From Polyangiaceae bacterium (GTDB lineage: Bacteria > Myxococcota_A > Polyangia > Polyangiales > Polyangiaceae), in NCBI GenBank assembly GCA_033763455.1, contig JANRKO010000039.1, positions 96,001-160,000 on the forward strand: 64,000 nucleotides of DNA, given 5' to 3'. Below are positions 19,307 to 29,130 of this stretch, in pieces. Below the pieces are notes generated by a model, which was not told the origin of the DNA, ran no database searches, and saw only the letters and a list, made by a program, of their open reading frames with translations. Every line of letters starts with the position of its first letter. The stretch's first letter is position 1. The translations under genes and the position numbers were made by a program.

Positions 19307-20482
19307 ATGCCCTCGTTGGCAACCGAGACCCCCAGCATCTCGCCGTTTCCCTGGCACTCCCTAGCCGGGGTCACTCGCGCTAGTGCCCAGGCAAACACTG
19401 AGCTCGGTCACTGGTTTCGCGCGGCTGTGGGTAGCCGCGCCTTGGCAGAAGCACTTGGCAAAATCTTAGCTGGGCGCGTCGACGTTAGAAGTGAGCCGTT
19501 AAACGAAAGCGCCAGCCGTATACTCAAGCAAAGCTTTTGCAGCCCGCTCCGCTTCGAAACACTAGATGAACATTGGCGGTTTGAACTGTGTTTGGAGCCA
19601 GCGCTTGTTCAACTTGCTATCACGCGTGTTTTTGGTCGCCCTAGCACCGCGGTTGCACTTTCCGCTCCACTCGATCCCAGCCTCCAGGGAGCCTTAGGAG
19701 CGATCGCGGTCGAAGCATTTCGACGTGCAGGCAGCCACGCCCAACTTTTCTTCCGACCCTTGCCGAACGGGCAGAGTGCGGATGCTGACACTCGCGCGCA
19801 GGGGCGAGCTATAACGCCACTACATTTACAGCACCTGGTGACCGCACAAGTCGACGATCGCGCCTACCACCTCACCCTGCAAGCGACACCCAACACGGAC
19901 AGACCTAGCAAGGTAGCTCGCAGAGATCAGACCCTCCTTTCGAACCTTGGGGAGTTAACTTTGGAGATCCCTTTGGTTGTAGCTCAGTCACAGGTTTCTC
20001 GCGCCGAGCTCGCACACCTTATGGTTGGGGATGCGTGGATGCCGGGCTCGGGGTGGCTGTTTGACCCGAGGCTAGGCGGGCGCGGCTGGCTTGCCGCTGG
20101 GCGAAGCGAACGGGGCCTAGCTATCCGGGTCGAACCCAGTGGTAGGGTGACGATTGAACCCCATGCCGGGGTGTTGCCGTGGGAAGTTGCAATGAACGAA
20201 ATTGAATCTCGGAACCCTGCTGAAGCCGTTTCGGACCAAGAAGGATTGGCCACTTCGACAGCACTTGAGGCTCCGGTCGTGGTGCGCGTGGAGCTCGGCT
20301 CAGTTGCCCTCACGGCGCGAGAGTGGGCGGCGCTTGGCCCGGGCGATGTGCTTCACGTAGGACAGCGCATTTTGGCTCCCGCCGTGTTGCGCGTTGCCGG
20401 CCAACCCGTGGCAACCGGCGAACTCGTGAACGTTGAGGGTGAGCTCGGCGTGCGCATCTTGACCTTAGGCACCCCGAAGTAA
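19307..20482 (+). CDS. FliM/FliN (SpoA) domain protein, SctQ/YscQ-like
   Basis: C-terminal APVVVRVELGSVALT..LGPGDVL...GELVNVEGELGVRI plus a second degenerate SpoA domain; start codon uncertain (19286 or 19307). Confidence 0.8.
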   Translation: MPSLATETPSISPFPWHSLAGVTRASAQANTELGHWFRAAVGSRALAEALGKILAGRVDVRSEPLNESASRILKQSFCSPLRFETLDEHWRFELCLEPALVQLAITRVFGRPSTAVALSAPLDPSLQGALGAIAVEAFRRAGSHAQLFFRPLPNGQSADADTRAQGRAITPLHLQHLVTAQVDDRAYHLTLQATPNTDRPSKVARRDQTLLSNLGELTLEIPLVVAQSQVSRAELAHLMVGDAWMPGSGWLFDPRLGGRGWLAAGRSERGLAIRVEPSGRVTIEPHAGVLPWEVAMNEIESRNPAEAVSDQEGLATSTALEAPVVVRVELGSVALTAREWAALGPGDVLHVGQRILAPAVLRVAGQPVATGELVNVEGELGVRILTLGTPK

Positions 20483-20511
20483 TCGACTCCCCTCTGCAAA
20501 TCAGCAAATCC

Positions 20512-21261
20512 ATGAACGACATCTCCAACGTCACCTCCGGACTTCAGACTGTACGCACACGCATTTCGAAGGCACTTGCGCTGGCCGGGCGCGGCCCAAA
20601 TGATGTGCAGCTTATCGCCGTCTCCAAGAAGCAGCCCGTGGAACTCATCCGTGAAGCTTATGCTCTCGGCCAGCGCGATTTCGGAGAGAATTACGTCCAG
20701 GAGTTGCTCGGAAAAGCCGAGGCCTGCGCCGATCTGCCAGGAATTCGCTGGCACATGATCGGGCATTTACAGCGGAACAAAGCGCGCCACACGGTTGCAG
20801 TAGCTTCGGCTGTCCACACCGTCGACAGCGTTGCCTTGGCCGAAGAGTTGGGCAAACGCCGCAGCATTGAGGAATCCCTCCCGCGGAGTGATATCGCAAG
20901 CGAATTGCCCGCGGGCATTGGCGGCGACCCAAGCCTCCTCAGTGTGTTGGTGGAAGTAAATGTTGGAGGCGAGCTACAGAAAAGTGGGTGCACTCCTTCA
21001 GAGCTTCCAGAAATCCTCGACGCCATCGAAGGTCAACCTAGCCTAGAGCTTGTGGGACTCATGACAGTGCCTCCACTCACTGATTCGCCTGAAGGTGCGC
21101 GCGCCTATTTCGATCAACTGGCCGAGTTGCGTCAAAAATCGGGGGGCTCAGAACGGCTGCCGCACCTCAGCATGGGAATGACAGCCGACTTGGAACAAGC
21201 GATCCTGGCGGGCAGTACCCTCGTGCGCGTGGGAACCGCGATTTTTGGGAGCCGCCTTTAA
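20512..21261 (+). CDS. yggS: Pyridoxal phosphate homeostasis protein YggS
   Basis: LIAVSK, FGENYVQE, WHMIGHLQRNK, LSMGM and VRVGTAIFG motifs. Confidence 0.95.
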   Translation: MNDISNVTSGLQTVRTRISKALALAGRGPNDVQLIAVSKKQPVELIREAYALGQRDFGENYVQELLGKAEACADLPGIRWHMIGHLQRNKARHTVAVASAVHTVDSVALAEELGKRRSIEESLPRSDIASELPAGIGGDPSLLSVLVEVNVGGELQKSGCTPSELPEILDAIEGQPSLELVGLMTVPPLTDSPEGARAYFDQLAELRQKSGGSERLPHLSMGMTADLEQAILAGSTLVRVGTAIFGSRL

Positions 21262-21276
21262 GCCAAGCGTTGCCGC

Positions 21277-22647
21277 ATGACACGTAAACGCGTCCCCCCG
21301 GGCCAACCCACGCTGCTACAAGCGTTAGCCAACAATGGCACCCGCAGTGGCTCCGGGGCACCGCTGGCCGACCGCATGCGCCCTTCAAAGCTCGCCGAGC
21401 TTTTGGGACAACAAGATATTGTGGGTGAAGGGAAGCTCTTGCGACAAGCGATCGAAAAGGATCGCCTTTTATCCATGATACTCTGGGGACCGCCAGGATC
21501 AGGGAAAACAAGCCTCGCTACAGTGGTGGCGCGCGCCACCAAATCCGAGTTTGTGCCTTTCAGCGCCGTCTTGAGTGGGCTTGCTGAGCTGCGCATAGCC
21601 ATCGCTGAGGCCAAGGAAAGGCGCGCTTACCAAGGGCGCCCAACCGTGCTTTTTGTGGACGAGATCCACCGCTTCAACAAGAGCCAGCAAGACGCATTTT
21701 TGCCTCATCTGGAAGACGGCACGATTACGCTCATTGGCGCTACCACCGAGAACCCTTCGTTTGCGGTGAATGCTGCGCTAATTTCGCGTTGCCGCGTTTT
21801 CCGGCTAGAGGCGCTCAGCGAGACTGACCTCATGGCGTTATTGCGGCGCGCTCTCACCGACGAAGTGAACGGTTTGGGCAAGCTTAAGTTGGGGGCCTCC
21901 GAAGAAGTGCTATTGACCGTGGCCCGCACAGCGCGAGGTGACGCACGCCGTGCTCTTGGGATCTTGGAAACCGCAGCGGAGCTGGCCCAAGGCGCCGACT
22001 CAGAGCTTCTTCTGTCGCACCTTGAGCGCGTCAACGAAGACGCCACCTTGCTCTACGATAAGGCGGGGGAAGAGCACTACAACGTGGCGAGCGCTCTGAT
22101 TAAGTCCCTCCGAGGCACCGATCCTGATGCGAGCCTCTACTGGCTGTTTCGCATGTTGGAATCAGGGGATGATCCGCTCTTCCTTTTGCGGCGGCTGATC
22201 ATCTTTGCAAGTGAAGACATTGGCAACGCCGACCCAAACGCACTCACCGTGGCGGTAAATGCGGACGCCGCGTTCCGCCGAATGGGAATGCCAGAAGGGA
22301 TCTACCCAATTTCGCATGCTTGCCTCTACCTAGCGAGCGCCCCCAAATCCGGTGCAGTAAAAGACGCGATTGCCAAGACGCGCGCCGCCATTGCCGAACA
22401 TGGTGCCCTTCCTGTACCCAAGAAGCTGAGAAACGCCGTCACCAAGCTCATGCAGAACGAAGGTTATGGCTCGGGCTACCGTTACGCGCACGACTACCAG
22501 GGGGGCTACGTGCCCGGGGAAACGTACTTGCCAGAAAAGCTTGTTGGCAGCCGCTTCTACGAACCCACAGAAAGGGGCTTTGAGAAGCGCATCTTCGACA
22601 AGCTCAAAGCACTGCGCGCGGCCGCGAGCTCAAAAGAGTCAACCTGA
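21277..22647 (+). CDS. rarA: Replication-associated recombination protein A (RarA/MgsA)
   Basis: [37 protein letters not shown] and [10 protein letters not shown] motifs. Confidence 0.95.
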   Translation: MTRKRVPPGQPTLLQALANNGTRSGSGAPLADRMRPSKLAELLGQQDIVGEGKLLRQAIEKDRLLSMILWGPPGSGKTSLATVVARATKSEFVPFSAVLSGLAELRIAIAEAKERRAYQGRPTVLFVDEIHRFNKSQQDAFLPHLEDGTITLIGATTENPSFAVNAALISRCRVFRLEALSETDLMALLRRALTDEVNGLGKLKLGASEEVLLTVARTARGDARRALGILETAAELAQGADSELLLSHLERVNEDATLLYDKAGEEHYNVASALIKSLRGTDPDASLYWLFRMLESGDDPLFLLRRLIIFASEDIGNADPNALTVAVNADAAFRRMGMPEGIYPISHACLYLASAPKSGAVKDAIAKTRAAIAEHGALPVPKKLRNAVTKLMQNEGYGSGYRYAHDYQGGYVPGETYLPEKLVGSRFYEPTERGFEKRIFDKLKALRAAASSKEST

Positions 22648-23166
22648 AGTTGGCAGCTTCCCGACGTAAGGGAGGTTGCGATACTTCTGCGCGTGATCCA
22701 GCCCGTAGCCCACCACGAATTCATCTTGGATCGTGAACCCAAGAAAATCGATCGGAACCGGGCGTTGCATCCGCGATGGTTTGTGCAGAAGGGCCGCAAC
22801 GGCGACGCTCCTTGGGTTCCTCGATCGGAGTTGACTCAGAAGATAATCTAAAGTTAACCCAGTATCGACGATATCTTCAATAATGAGCACGTGTTTGCCT
22901 TCAACAGGCCGAGTGAGATCGAGCGTTATCTGGACCACACCACTTGAAACCGTGTTGTTCCCGTAACTTTGCACCCCCAAGAATTCCACTTCTAAGGGCA
23001 GCTCTATCGCGCGCGCCAGATCGGCCGCGAACACAAAGCTGCCTTTCAACACAGGGAGAAGCACAAGCTCCTCCCCTTGATAGCGGCGGGTGATTTCACT
23101 GCCGAGCTCAAGCACACGCGCGCTCAACTGTTCCCGGGAGATGAGCTGTTCGGGTGCGGCTAACAC
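22639..23166 (-). CDS. hpt: Hypoxanthine phosphoribosyltransferase
   Basis: [26 protein letters not shown] and [14 protein letters not shown] motifs. Confidence 0.95.
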   Translation of the reverse strand: MLAAPEQLISREQLSARVLELGSEITRRYQGEELVLLPVLKGSFVFAADLARAIELPLEVEFLGVQSYGNNTVSSGVVQITLDLTRPVEGKHVLIIEDIVDTGLTLDYLLSQLRSRNPRSVAVAALLHKPSRMQRPVPIDFLGFTIQDEFVVGYGLDHAQKYRNLPYVGKLPTSG

Positions 23167-23253
23167 AGCGGAATCAGCCTATCACGCGGGGTTCCTGGAG
23201 GAAACGCGAGCGGCCACCTGTCCGACCACGGCACCTTGCGCTAGGTTACGGAC

Positions 23254-23769
23254 ATGTTCGGCCGTTGGCTCAAGGGCACTGAAAACAGAGACCATCGCGA
23301 AACAGCGCTTGAGATCGAGCGCGTGGTACGGGCCGAACTGCGGACCGAAGACGAAGCGACCGTGGCTGTGGTGAGCGCCATCGTCGGCCTTTTGGGCACC
23401 GTAGCCTACGCCGATCGTCTTTACTCGGCGGCGGAAGAACAACGCGTGCTCGAGGAGCTTCGACGCATCGAAGGCCTCACCGAGGCCGGTGCCCAAGCGG
23501 TGGCACATACGCTAAGAAAGCACATCGTAGAAGTTGCCACGGTGCAGGCGCCTCGCTACGCGCGAATCTTGGTGGAACTCGCGGATCGGGAGCTCCGGTG
23601 TCAGGTTCTTGGCGTACTCGTGAGCGTTGCAGCAGCTGACGAGGTCATCTCGACCGCCGAAACCAACGCCCTGCGCCAGCTCACGACTTCCCTTGGCTTG
23701 GCCCAAGCCGACTACAACGAGCTGCAGGCCGAATACCGCACACGGCTCGCCGTACTAAAAGACGGCTAA
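23254..23769 (+). CDS. TerB family (tellurite-resistance-like) protein
   Basis: Duplicated VAYAD...EE / VAAAD....E..L..L motifs. Confidence 0.75.
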   Translation: MFGRWLKGTENRDHRETALEIERVVRAELRTEDEATVAVVSAIVGLLGTVAYADRLYSAAEEQRVLEELRRIEGLTEAGAQAVAHTLRKHIVEVATVQAPRYARILVELADRELRCQVLGVLVSVAAADEVISTAETNALRQLTTSLGLAQADYNELQAEYRTRLAVLKDG

Positions 23770-24291
23770 GTTGGCGTGCGCCCTAGCCTGGCGGGACCGG
23801 CCCGAATCACGGCGCGGCGGAGCGCTCTGCACGGCACGGACCGCTTGCGTTGCGCCATCAAAATTGAGCGCCACGCGCACCTTTGACGCTGACGCTGACC
23901 CAGCGGCGACAGCCCCCGCCAGCTCCAAAAGCTCATGCCGCGTCTCTGCGCGCAGGGGCCCTGATGCGACCAAGCGCAAGGACCCGCCTTTGCCCTGGCT
24001 CAGCCATTGCACCGCGCGCTCACATAAGAGGGCTCGGCAGGCGCGTAGACCCGCCGAGCTATCCGGCCCAACGTGCAGCACCACGCGGCGCCGCTCTGAA
24101 GCATCCCTGCCCAACAGGCTAAAGCGACGTGACGCACGTGCCAGCAACTCCCGCCCTTCCTCATCCCCCGGGCTTTGAACGACCGTCGCATGCCGGAAGC
24201 CTGCGTCAGCACCCCAGAACTCCCCTTGGGCCAACTCCAACGGATTACCCAGGGCATTTCTTTCCAGGATCGTGACAATTGCACTGTTCAT
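23755..24291 (-). CDS. Hypothetical protein
   Basis: Fills the gap between the TerB gene and comEC; probable start MNSAIVTILERN at 24291; no recognisable motif. Confidence 0.5.
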   Translation of the reverse strand: MNSAIVTILERNALGNPLELAQGEFWGADAGFRHATVVQSPGDEEGRELLARASRRFSLLGRDASERRRVVLHVGPDSSAGLRACRALLCERAVQWLSQGKGGSLRLVASGPLRAETRHELLELAGAVAAGSASASKVRVALNFDGATQAVRAVQSAPPRRDSGRSRQARAHANLAVF

Positions 24292-24570
24292 ATCTCTTGC
24301 TCCCACGAGGCGGACGCTTCCTGCGGTGACAAATTCAGCCCCTTGCGCCCCGATATCGCGCGCTCGTGAGCGGGTAACCCCGCACTGCTCCAGTTCATTC
24401 CCAACGTGAGTCCGATTGGTACTTGGGTCAAGTCGCCGTCGGCGCACGTTCTTGCGACAAGCGTGTGACACTGCACTTGGGGCTCGAAGTGATCGAACAG
24501 CTTCGCCGCCGTAGCGATGCCCTAAGCCCGTCCCGAGAATCCAAACAGCTAGACCGTCAGTACCGACGCC

Positions 24571-26952
24571 CTAAGAACCTGAAAAGCCGAACAGCGTCAC
24601 CGCGTGGCCGTCCGTTTCCCAGACCACTGAACCATTTCTATCTGTCCGAAAGACCGCTGCCCCACTTGCCCTTAGACGTTCTAGCGCTACCTCATGTGGG
24701 TGCCCAAAGCGATTGCGAAACCCGGTGCTTACCAACGCCACTTGAGGACGAACGAGTCGAAGAAACTCTGCGGTGCTCGACGTGCGGCTGCCGTGGTGGC
24801 CCACCTTCAGAAAGTCCGCCTTCAGCTGAGCGCCATATTGCCGAGCTAATAGCCCCTCTTCGGCCACTTCAGCGTCCCCTACCGTGAGAACGCGGCGTTC
24901 GCCAAACTCGAGACGCAGCACCAGTGAGTTGTCGTTGGCATGACGATTCCGGTCAAAGTCCGGGCACGGGGCCAGAACAACAATGCGTGCGCCCCCCGCA
25001 CTTTCTGGAGCTCGACAGAGCTCTGGAGGATAGCGCACCCGCGTGCCTTTTTGGCGCAACACCCTGAGCAGCTCAAGATACGGACCGACATGTTCGGCTT
25101 CACCTTCGCGCGTGGTCCAGAACTCCCGCACGGGCACACTTTGAGCCACTGACAACAACCCAAGAAAGTGGTCCGGATGCGGATGCGACAAGACCATGAC
25201 ATCGATCGCGCTTCGCCGACGAGCTCTAAGCACCGGCAAGATCACAGAGGCACCAGGATCTACTGGACTGCCCACAAACCCTCCGCCATCGATTAACATC
25301 AGACGACCATCTGGAAGATCGACCAACGCCGAATCCCCCTGCCCCACGTCCAGCGAGGCAAAACGCAACTTGTTGGTGGGAACCGCTTGGACCCGCGTAG
25401 CCACCTCCACCACACCCAGACAAACCAGCGCGGTGACGCCCAACATCACCCGCGGACGCCGCAGCCACGACGGAGGCGGCAGCAGCCAAGAGAGACCGGC
25501 TAAAACCACGATCACGCGATGCCACGGCGTTGGATAGGGCAGCGGCAGCGCCAGCCAAGACTGAGACGCTGTTGCGTGCGCTATGCCATTGACGGCCAAT
25601 AGCGCACCTCCGCCGACGAGCGCCAAACCGTGCTCAAGCGCTGGCAAGAAGGCACAAACGGCGTGGAGCAAACACACCGGCAAAGCAACGATCTCCCCGA
25701 TGGGACCCGCGACGAGATTCCCAACGATACCCAACAGCGACACCTGATCCGACATCAAAGCCAAGATCGGAATGCAGGGCAAAAGAGCGGAGACGGTAGC
25801 CAGGCTCCCAGATTCCAAGAAGCGGATAGGAGCTAACGCCCGCCACGAAGCTCTCGCTGCGCTCGCCCCCGCTCCGGACCACAAGATGAGGCCCACTGTA
25901 GCCCCCAGCGACAACAAGAACGACACATCGAATGCCACCAGTGGATCTACGATGGCTCCGACACACATCGTAACGCCCAAAATCCGCTGGCACCGAGGCT
26001 GGCGACCCAGAGCACGCGCCAGAAATGCCGCGACTAGCATCCATGCCGCTCGAAACGCGGACCCACTGCCCCCAGCGAAGTCAGCATAGAGCAGGGCAAG
26101 GCAGGCTCCAAAGAAGGCCGACACACGCGCCACATCCACCCGCAACGCAAGCGCCTCCACCCGCACGAGGAGTGAGCGCAACGCCCGCACCAACATCACC
26201 ACGGCGAACACCAAATGCGTGCCGCTCACTGCCAATAGATGCGCTAGGCCACTTTTCTTAAATGCTGCATCATCTTCGGCTGTCAAATCGTTCTCACCGA
26301 GCACCAGTGCTCGCGCGAGTGGCTCCGCTTGGGGTGAAAACGTGGCAAAAATACGCTCACGTGCCCCAGCCCGCCAACCGTCGATAACGGCTCCGAGGCC
26401 CTTGCCTTTTTCCACCACCGATACACTCTGCACGCCCCCGACGAGCGTGGCCTCCTTGCGTGCAGCCAGGGGCGTAGGATCGGCAACGTCGAGATTGCGA
26501 AAAAGTTGAATCGGACCGAGCTGTACGTTTGCCTCGATCCGATCTCCACGAGCCAAGGTCCGCGGGCCACCATACAGCCGAATCACCCGCTGGGTGTCGA
26601 ACACCTGATCATCGCACTCGAGCCTTTCTGCGCGCACCCAATATCGCAACGACCCATGAAGCCACTCGGGCGATGTGACCACCCGACCAGAGATCGCGCA
26701 GCGTGCAGCCGCACCAACTTCCGCCCGCACCGACACACGCGCAAGCTCAAACTCCGCGAGCTCATGCGCCGAGCGCCACCAGCCCACGCCCCAGCTGAAT
26801 GCGGCGAGACCCAGCACCCAAACGCGGACACGCTTGCGCAGCAGCCACAGCACACCCACCGCCCCCGCGCAGGCCGCGACGGGAGCGACCGCCGCTGCAC
26901 CCGCAAATAGGCATGCCGCGCCGAGCAACAGAACGGGATCTACGCGGGCCAT
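24571..26952 (-). CDS. comEC: DNA uptake channel ComEC/Rec2
   Basis: GLAHLLAVSGTH competence domain, and an MBL domain with DVGQGD, SHPHPDH and KVGHHGSRTS. Confidence 0.93.
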   Translation of the reverse strand: MARVDPVLLLGAACLFAGAAAVAPVAACAGAVGVLWLLRKRVRVWVLGLAAFSWGVGWWRSAHELAEFELARVSVRAEVGAAARCAISGRVVTSPEWLHGSLRYWVRAERLECDDQVFDTQRVIRLYGGPRTLARGDRIEANVQLGPIQLFRNLDVADPTPLAARKEATLVGGVQSVSVVEKGKGLGAVIDGWRAGARERIFATFSPQAEPLARALVLGENDLTAEDDAAFKKSGLAHLLAVSGTHLVFAVVMLVRALRSLLVRVEALALRVDVARVSAFFGACLALLYADFAGGSGSAFRAAWMLVAAFLARALGRQPRCQRILGVTMCVGAIVDPLVAFDVSFLLSLGATVGLILWSGAGASAARASWRALAPIRFLESGSLATVSALLPCIPILALMSDQVSLLGIVGNLVAGPIGEIVALPVCLLHAVCAFLPALEHGLALVGGGALLAVNGIAHATASQSWLALPLPYPTPWHRVIVVLAGLSWLLPPPSWLRRPRVMLGVTALVCLGVVEVATRVQAVPTNKLRFASLDVGQGDSALVDLPDGRLMLIDGGGFVGSPVDPGASVILPVLRARRRSAIDVMVLSHPHPDHFLGLLSVAQSVPVREFWTTREGEAEHVGPYLELLRVLRQKGTRVRYPPELCRAPESAGGARIVVLAPCPDFDRNRHANDNSLVLRLEFGERRVLTVGDAEVAEEGLLARQYGAQLKADFLKVGHHGSRTSSTAEFLRLVRPQVALVSTGFRNRFGHPHEVALERLRASGAAVFRTDRNGSVVWETDGHAVTLFGFSGS

Positions 26953-27102
26953 GAGGGTGGGAATGCCAAAGTTGGGCCAAGCTAAAAAACTCCAAATTCA
27001 GCCTGATTTTTGCCTCTCTGGAAACAGCGCCCGCGTTTCGGACAACCATGTTGTCCAAATGGACAGCCACCCCCTTGGGTAGCTGGAACACTTTCGAAGT
27101 CG

Positions 27103-28536
27103 CTAAGGCCTTTCTGCTATCTTTCGAATGTCCGCAAATACCTCTACGGTGTCAGGTGCGTCTTCCTCGGGCTGAGCATCGATCGGGAGCACCACCTTCA
27201 ACCGCCGGGAGGTGGAGCCTGTGATGCCGTTCAAGGATAGCGGCTCCGTGAGCACGTAAGCCAGACGCCCCCGGTCCATCTTCTTAACGCGGATCTTCAG
27301 CTGCGGTGGGCTCACCCGCAACCGTTCAAGCACGAGCCCTTCTGGCAAAGAACCACTCGTGCGAGCGCGCACCGGCACCGAAACCGCTAGCGTTTGACGT
27401 GCCACCACAACGATGCGACGCGGTTGAATATCGTTGACGGAGAGGCCGGGCGGAAGCGTCAGCATCTCGGGTCGAACCGTGAAAATCTCTTCGCCTTCGC
27501 GCAGCCGCGTAGCATCGAGTGAAAGCGTCAGCTGCCTATCAAACCGAGCAAACGCTCGTACCGAACCCGCGAGGGTAACTCTCACTTCGCGTGGCTTGGG
27601 CTCTTCCACCGCCCAATCTCCAGGCACTCCAGAGAAAGCAACCTGAGCCGTAACGACATGCAATGCCGATTCGGATTCGTACGTCATGAGTGCTGCCCAC
27701 GCGACAAGTGTGAGCCCGAGCGCCAAGGCCTTGCTGCGAAAATCACCCAAAAACCAGCCAAGAACCGTTACCTTCGGCCGCACCTCTGCTTTCACCAACG
27801 GCAGCAGACGCTCCTTCAACCCAGTATCGGTAAGCATAGGCGTTAGCTGGCCCCGATGTGCTACCGACACGATGCCTCGTTCTTCGGACACGACGATCAC
27901 CAACGCGTCCGTCTGTTCACTCAAACCGAGCGCCGCCGCATGGCGCGTTCCAAAAGCGTGATCTGCATGCCCCGATAGCGGAAGGCGCGCCCCAAAGCGC
28001 TCCACCAAGTTGTCAACGACAACCACTGCACCATCATGCCCCGGAGAGCTCGTATCGAAGATGCTTTTCAGAAGCTCGACACTAGGCTTGCCCTGCAGCG
28101 GAATGCCGGAGCTCAGAAATCGATCAAGCGGATCTTTTCCCTTTACGACGATGAGTGCGCCGGTTTTCTGCTCGGCCAAGTCGAATGCGACACGAGTGAG
28201 CAAATGCACCACCGAGGGCAAGGCATCCGGCTGTTCTTTCGAATGCAGGAACAGACTCCCCGCCCCCAAACGCTCAAACCCCTGACGCAAATCATCTTGA
28301 AAAATGATGAGCAGCCCAACAGCCGCAACCGTTAACAATACTTGGAACACACCGAGCGTGAGCCCAAGATCCAAAAGGCGAGCCAGCAGGTACACCCCCG
28401 CCAAAACCCCCACGCCCACCAACACCAAGCGCGAGCGCGTGCGGCGCAGTGTGGAGATGAGCACATACGCGAGACCCCAAACAATCAGGATATCCAGAAC
28501 GTCCGCTGGGCGGAGCGAAGAAAACGCGTGCAGCAC
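27103..28536 (-). CDS. Diadenylate cyclase CdaA/DacA fused to YbbR (CdaR-like) domains
   Basis: Three N-terminal TM helices, HDGA and GTRHAAA motifs, VVSEERG, then a TM helix and two YbbR-like repeats (P.EVRVTLAG; VSPPQLKI). Confidence 0.85.
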   Translation of the reverse strand: MLHAFSSLRPADVLDILIVWGLAYVLISTLRRTRSRLVLVGVGVLAGVYLLARLLDLGLTLGVFQVLLTVAAVGLLIIFQDDLRQGFERLGAGSLFLHSKEQPDALPSVVHLLTRVAFDLAEQKTGALIVVKGKDPLDRFLSSGIPLQGKPSVELLKSIFDTSSPGHDGAVVVVDNLVERFGARLPLSGHADHAFGTRHAAALGLSEQTDALVIVVSEERGIVSVAHRGQLTPMLTDTGLKERLLPLVKAEVRPKVTVLGWFLGDFRSKALALGLTLVAWAALMTYESESALHVVTAQVAFSGVPGDWAVEEPKPREVRVTLAGSVRAFARFDRQLTLSLDATRLREGEEIFTVRPEMLTLPPGLSVNDIQPRRIVVVARQTLAVSVPVRARTSGSLPEGLVLERLRVSPPQLKIRVKKMDRGRLAYVLTEPLSLNGITGSTSRRLKVVLPIDAQPEEDAPDTVEVFADIRKIAERP

Positions 28537-28862
28537 TTAGCCGCGCGAGTGTAGTTCTGCGGTTTGACCGAGGGTAGTGCGGGGGACCTGATCCATCCGC
28601 GATGCGCCCAGCTCGAGGCTGAAATTGGCCCTGATCCGGCGGTAAGGCGTGAGCAGCGCGCGTAAGTGATCGAAATTACTCCATGGTTATTGGAAGAGGG
28701 CGTCACCTTATTGGTTGGATGCCCACCCCAGCTGCCGCTTGTTGCGGCAGCTTGCCCCTCGCCAAGCGCCTCCTGTGCAGGAGCCGCGGGCGGGGCGTGT
28801 GCGTGGCAACTCCGCTCTGCAACCGAGAAGTTGCGACCAGAGAAGCCTCGGGCAGCGCGGTA

Positions 28863-28939
28863 GCTCGTTTTTGGGATTGGGGATAAACAGGGCGGAAGAG
28901 GCGGCGACGGTCTGAGAATGCCCAATCCCCAAAACGAGC
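28863..28939. repeat. 19-bp inverted repeat (18/19 match), 39-nt loop
   Basis: GCTCGTTTTTGGGATTGGG (28863-28881) versus CCCAATCCCCAAAACGAGC (28921-28939). Confidence 0.8.
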
Positions 28940-29130
28940 CCGATTGGGGATTTACGGGAATGGTCGCGGGCAGCCTGAGCGAACACGCCGGTAAGCTCGT
29001 GCTCCATATCGCTCGCGCGGCCGAACGCCTGATCGACTTTGTCGCCTCCCGGTGCCGATTGGCCGCGCTCGCCGTCTGCACCGTCTGACGTCACGCGCCC
29101 ACACGATCAGGGAGTTGGCGTGTTGTCTTG

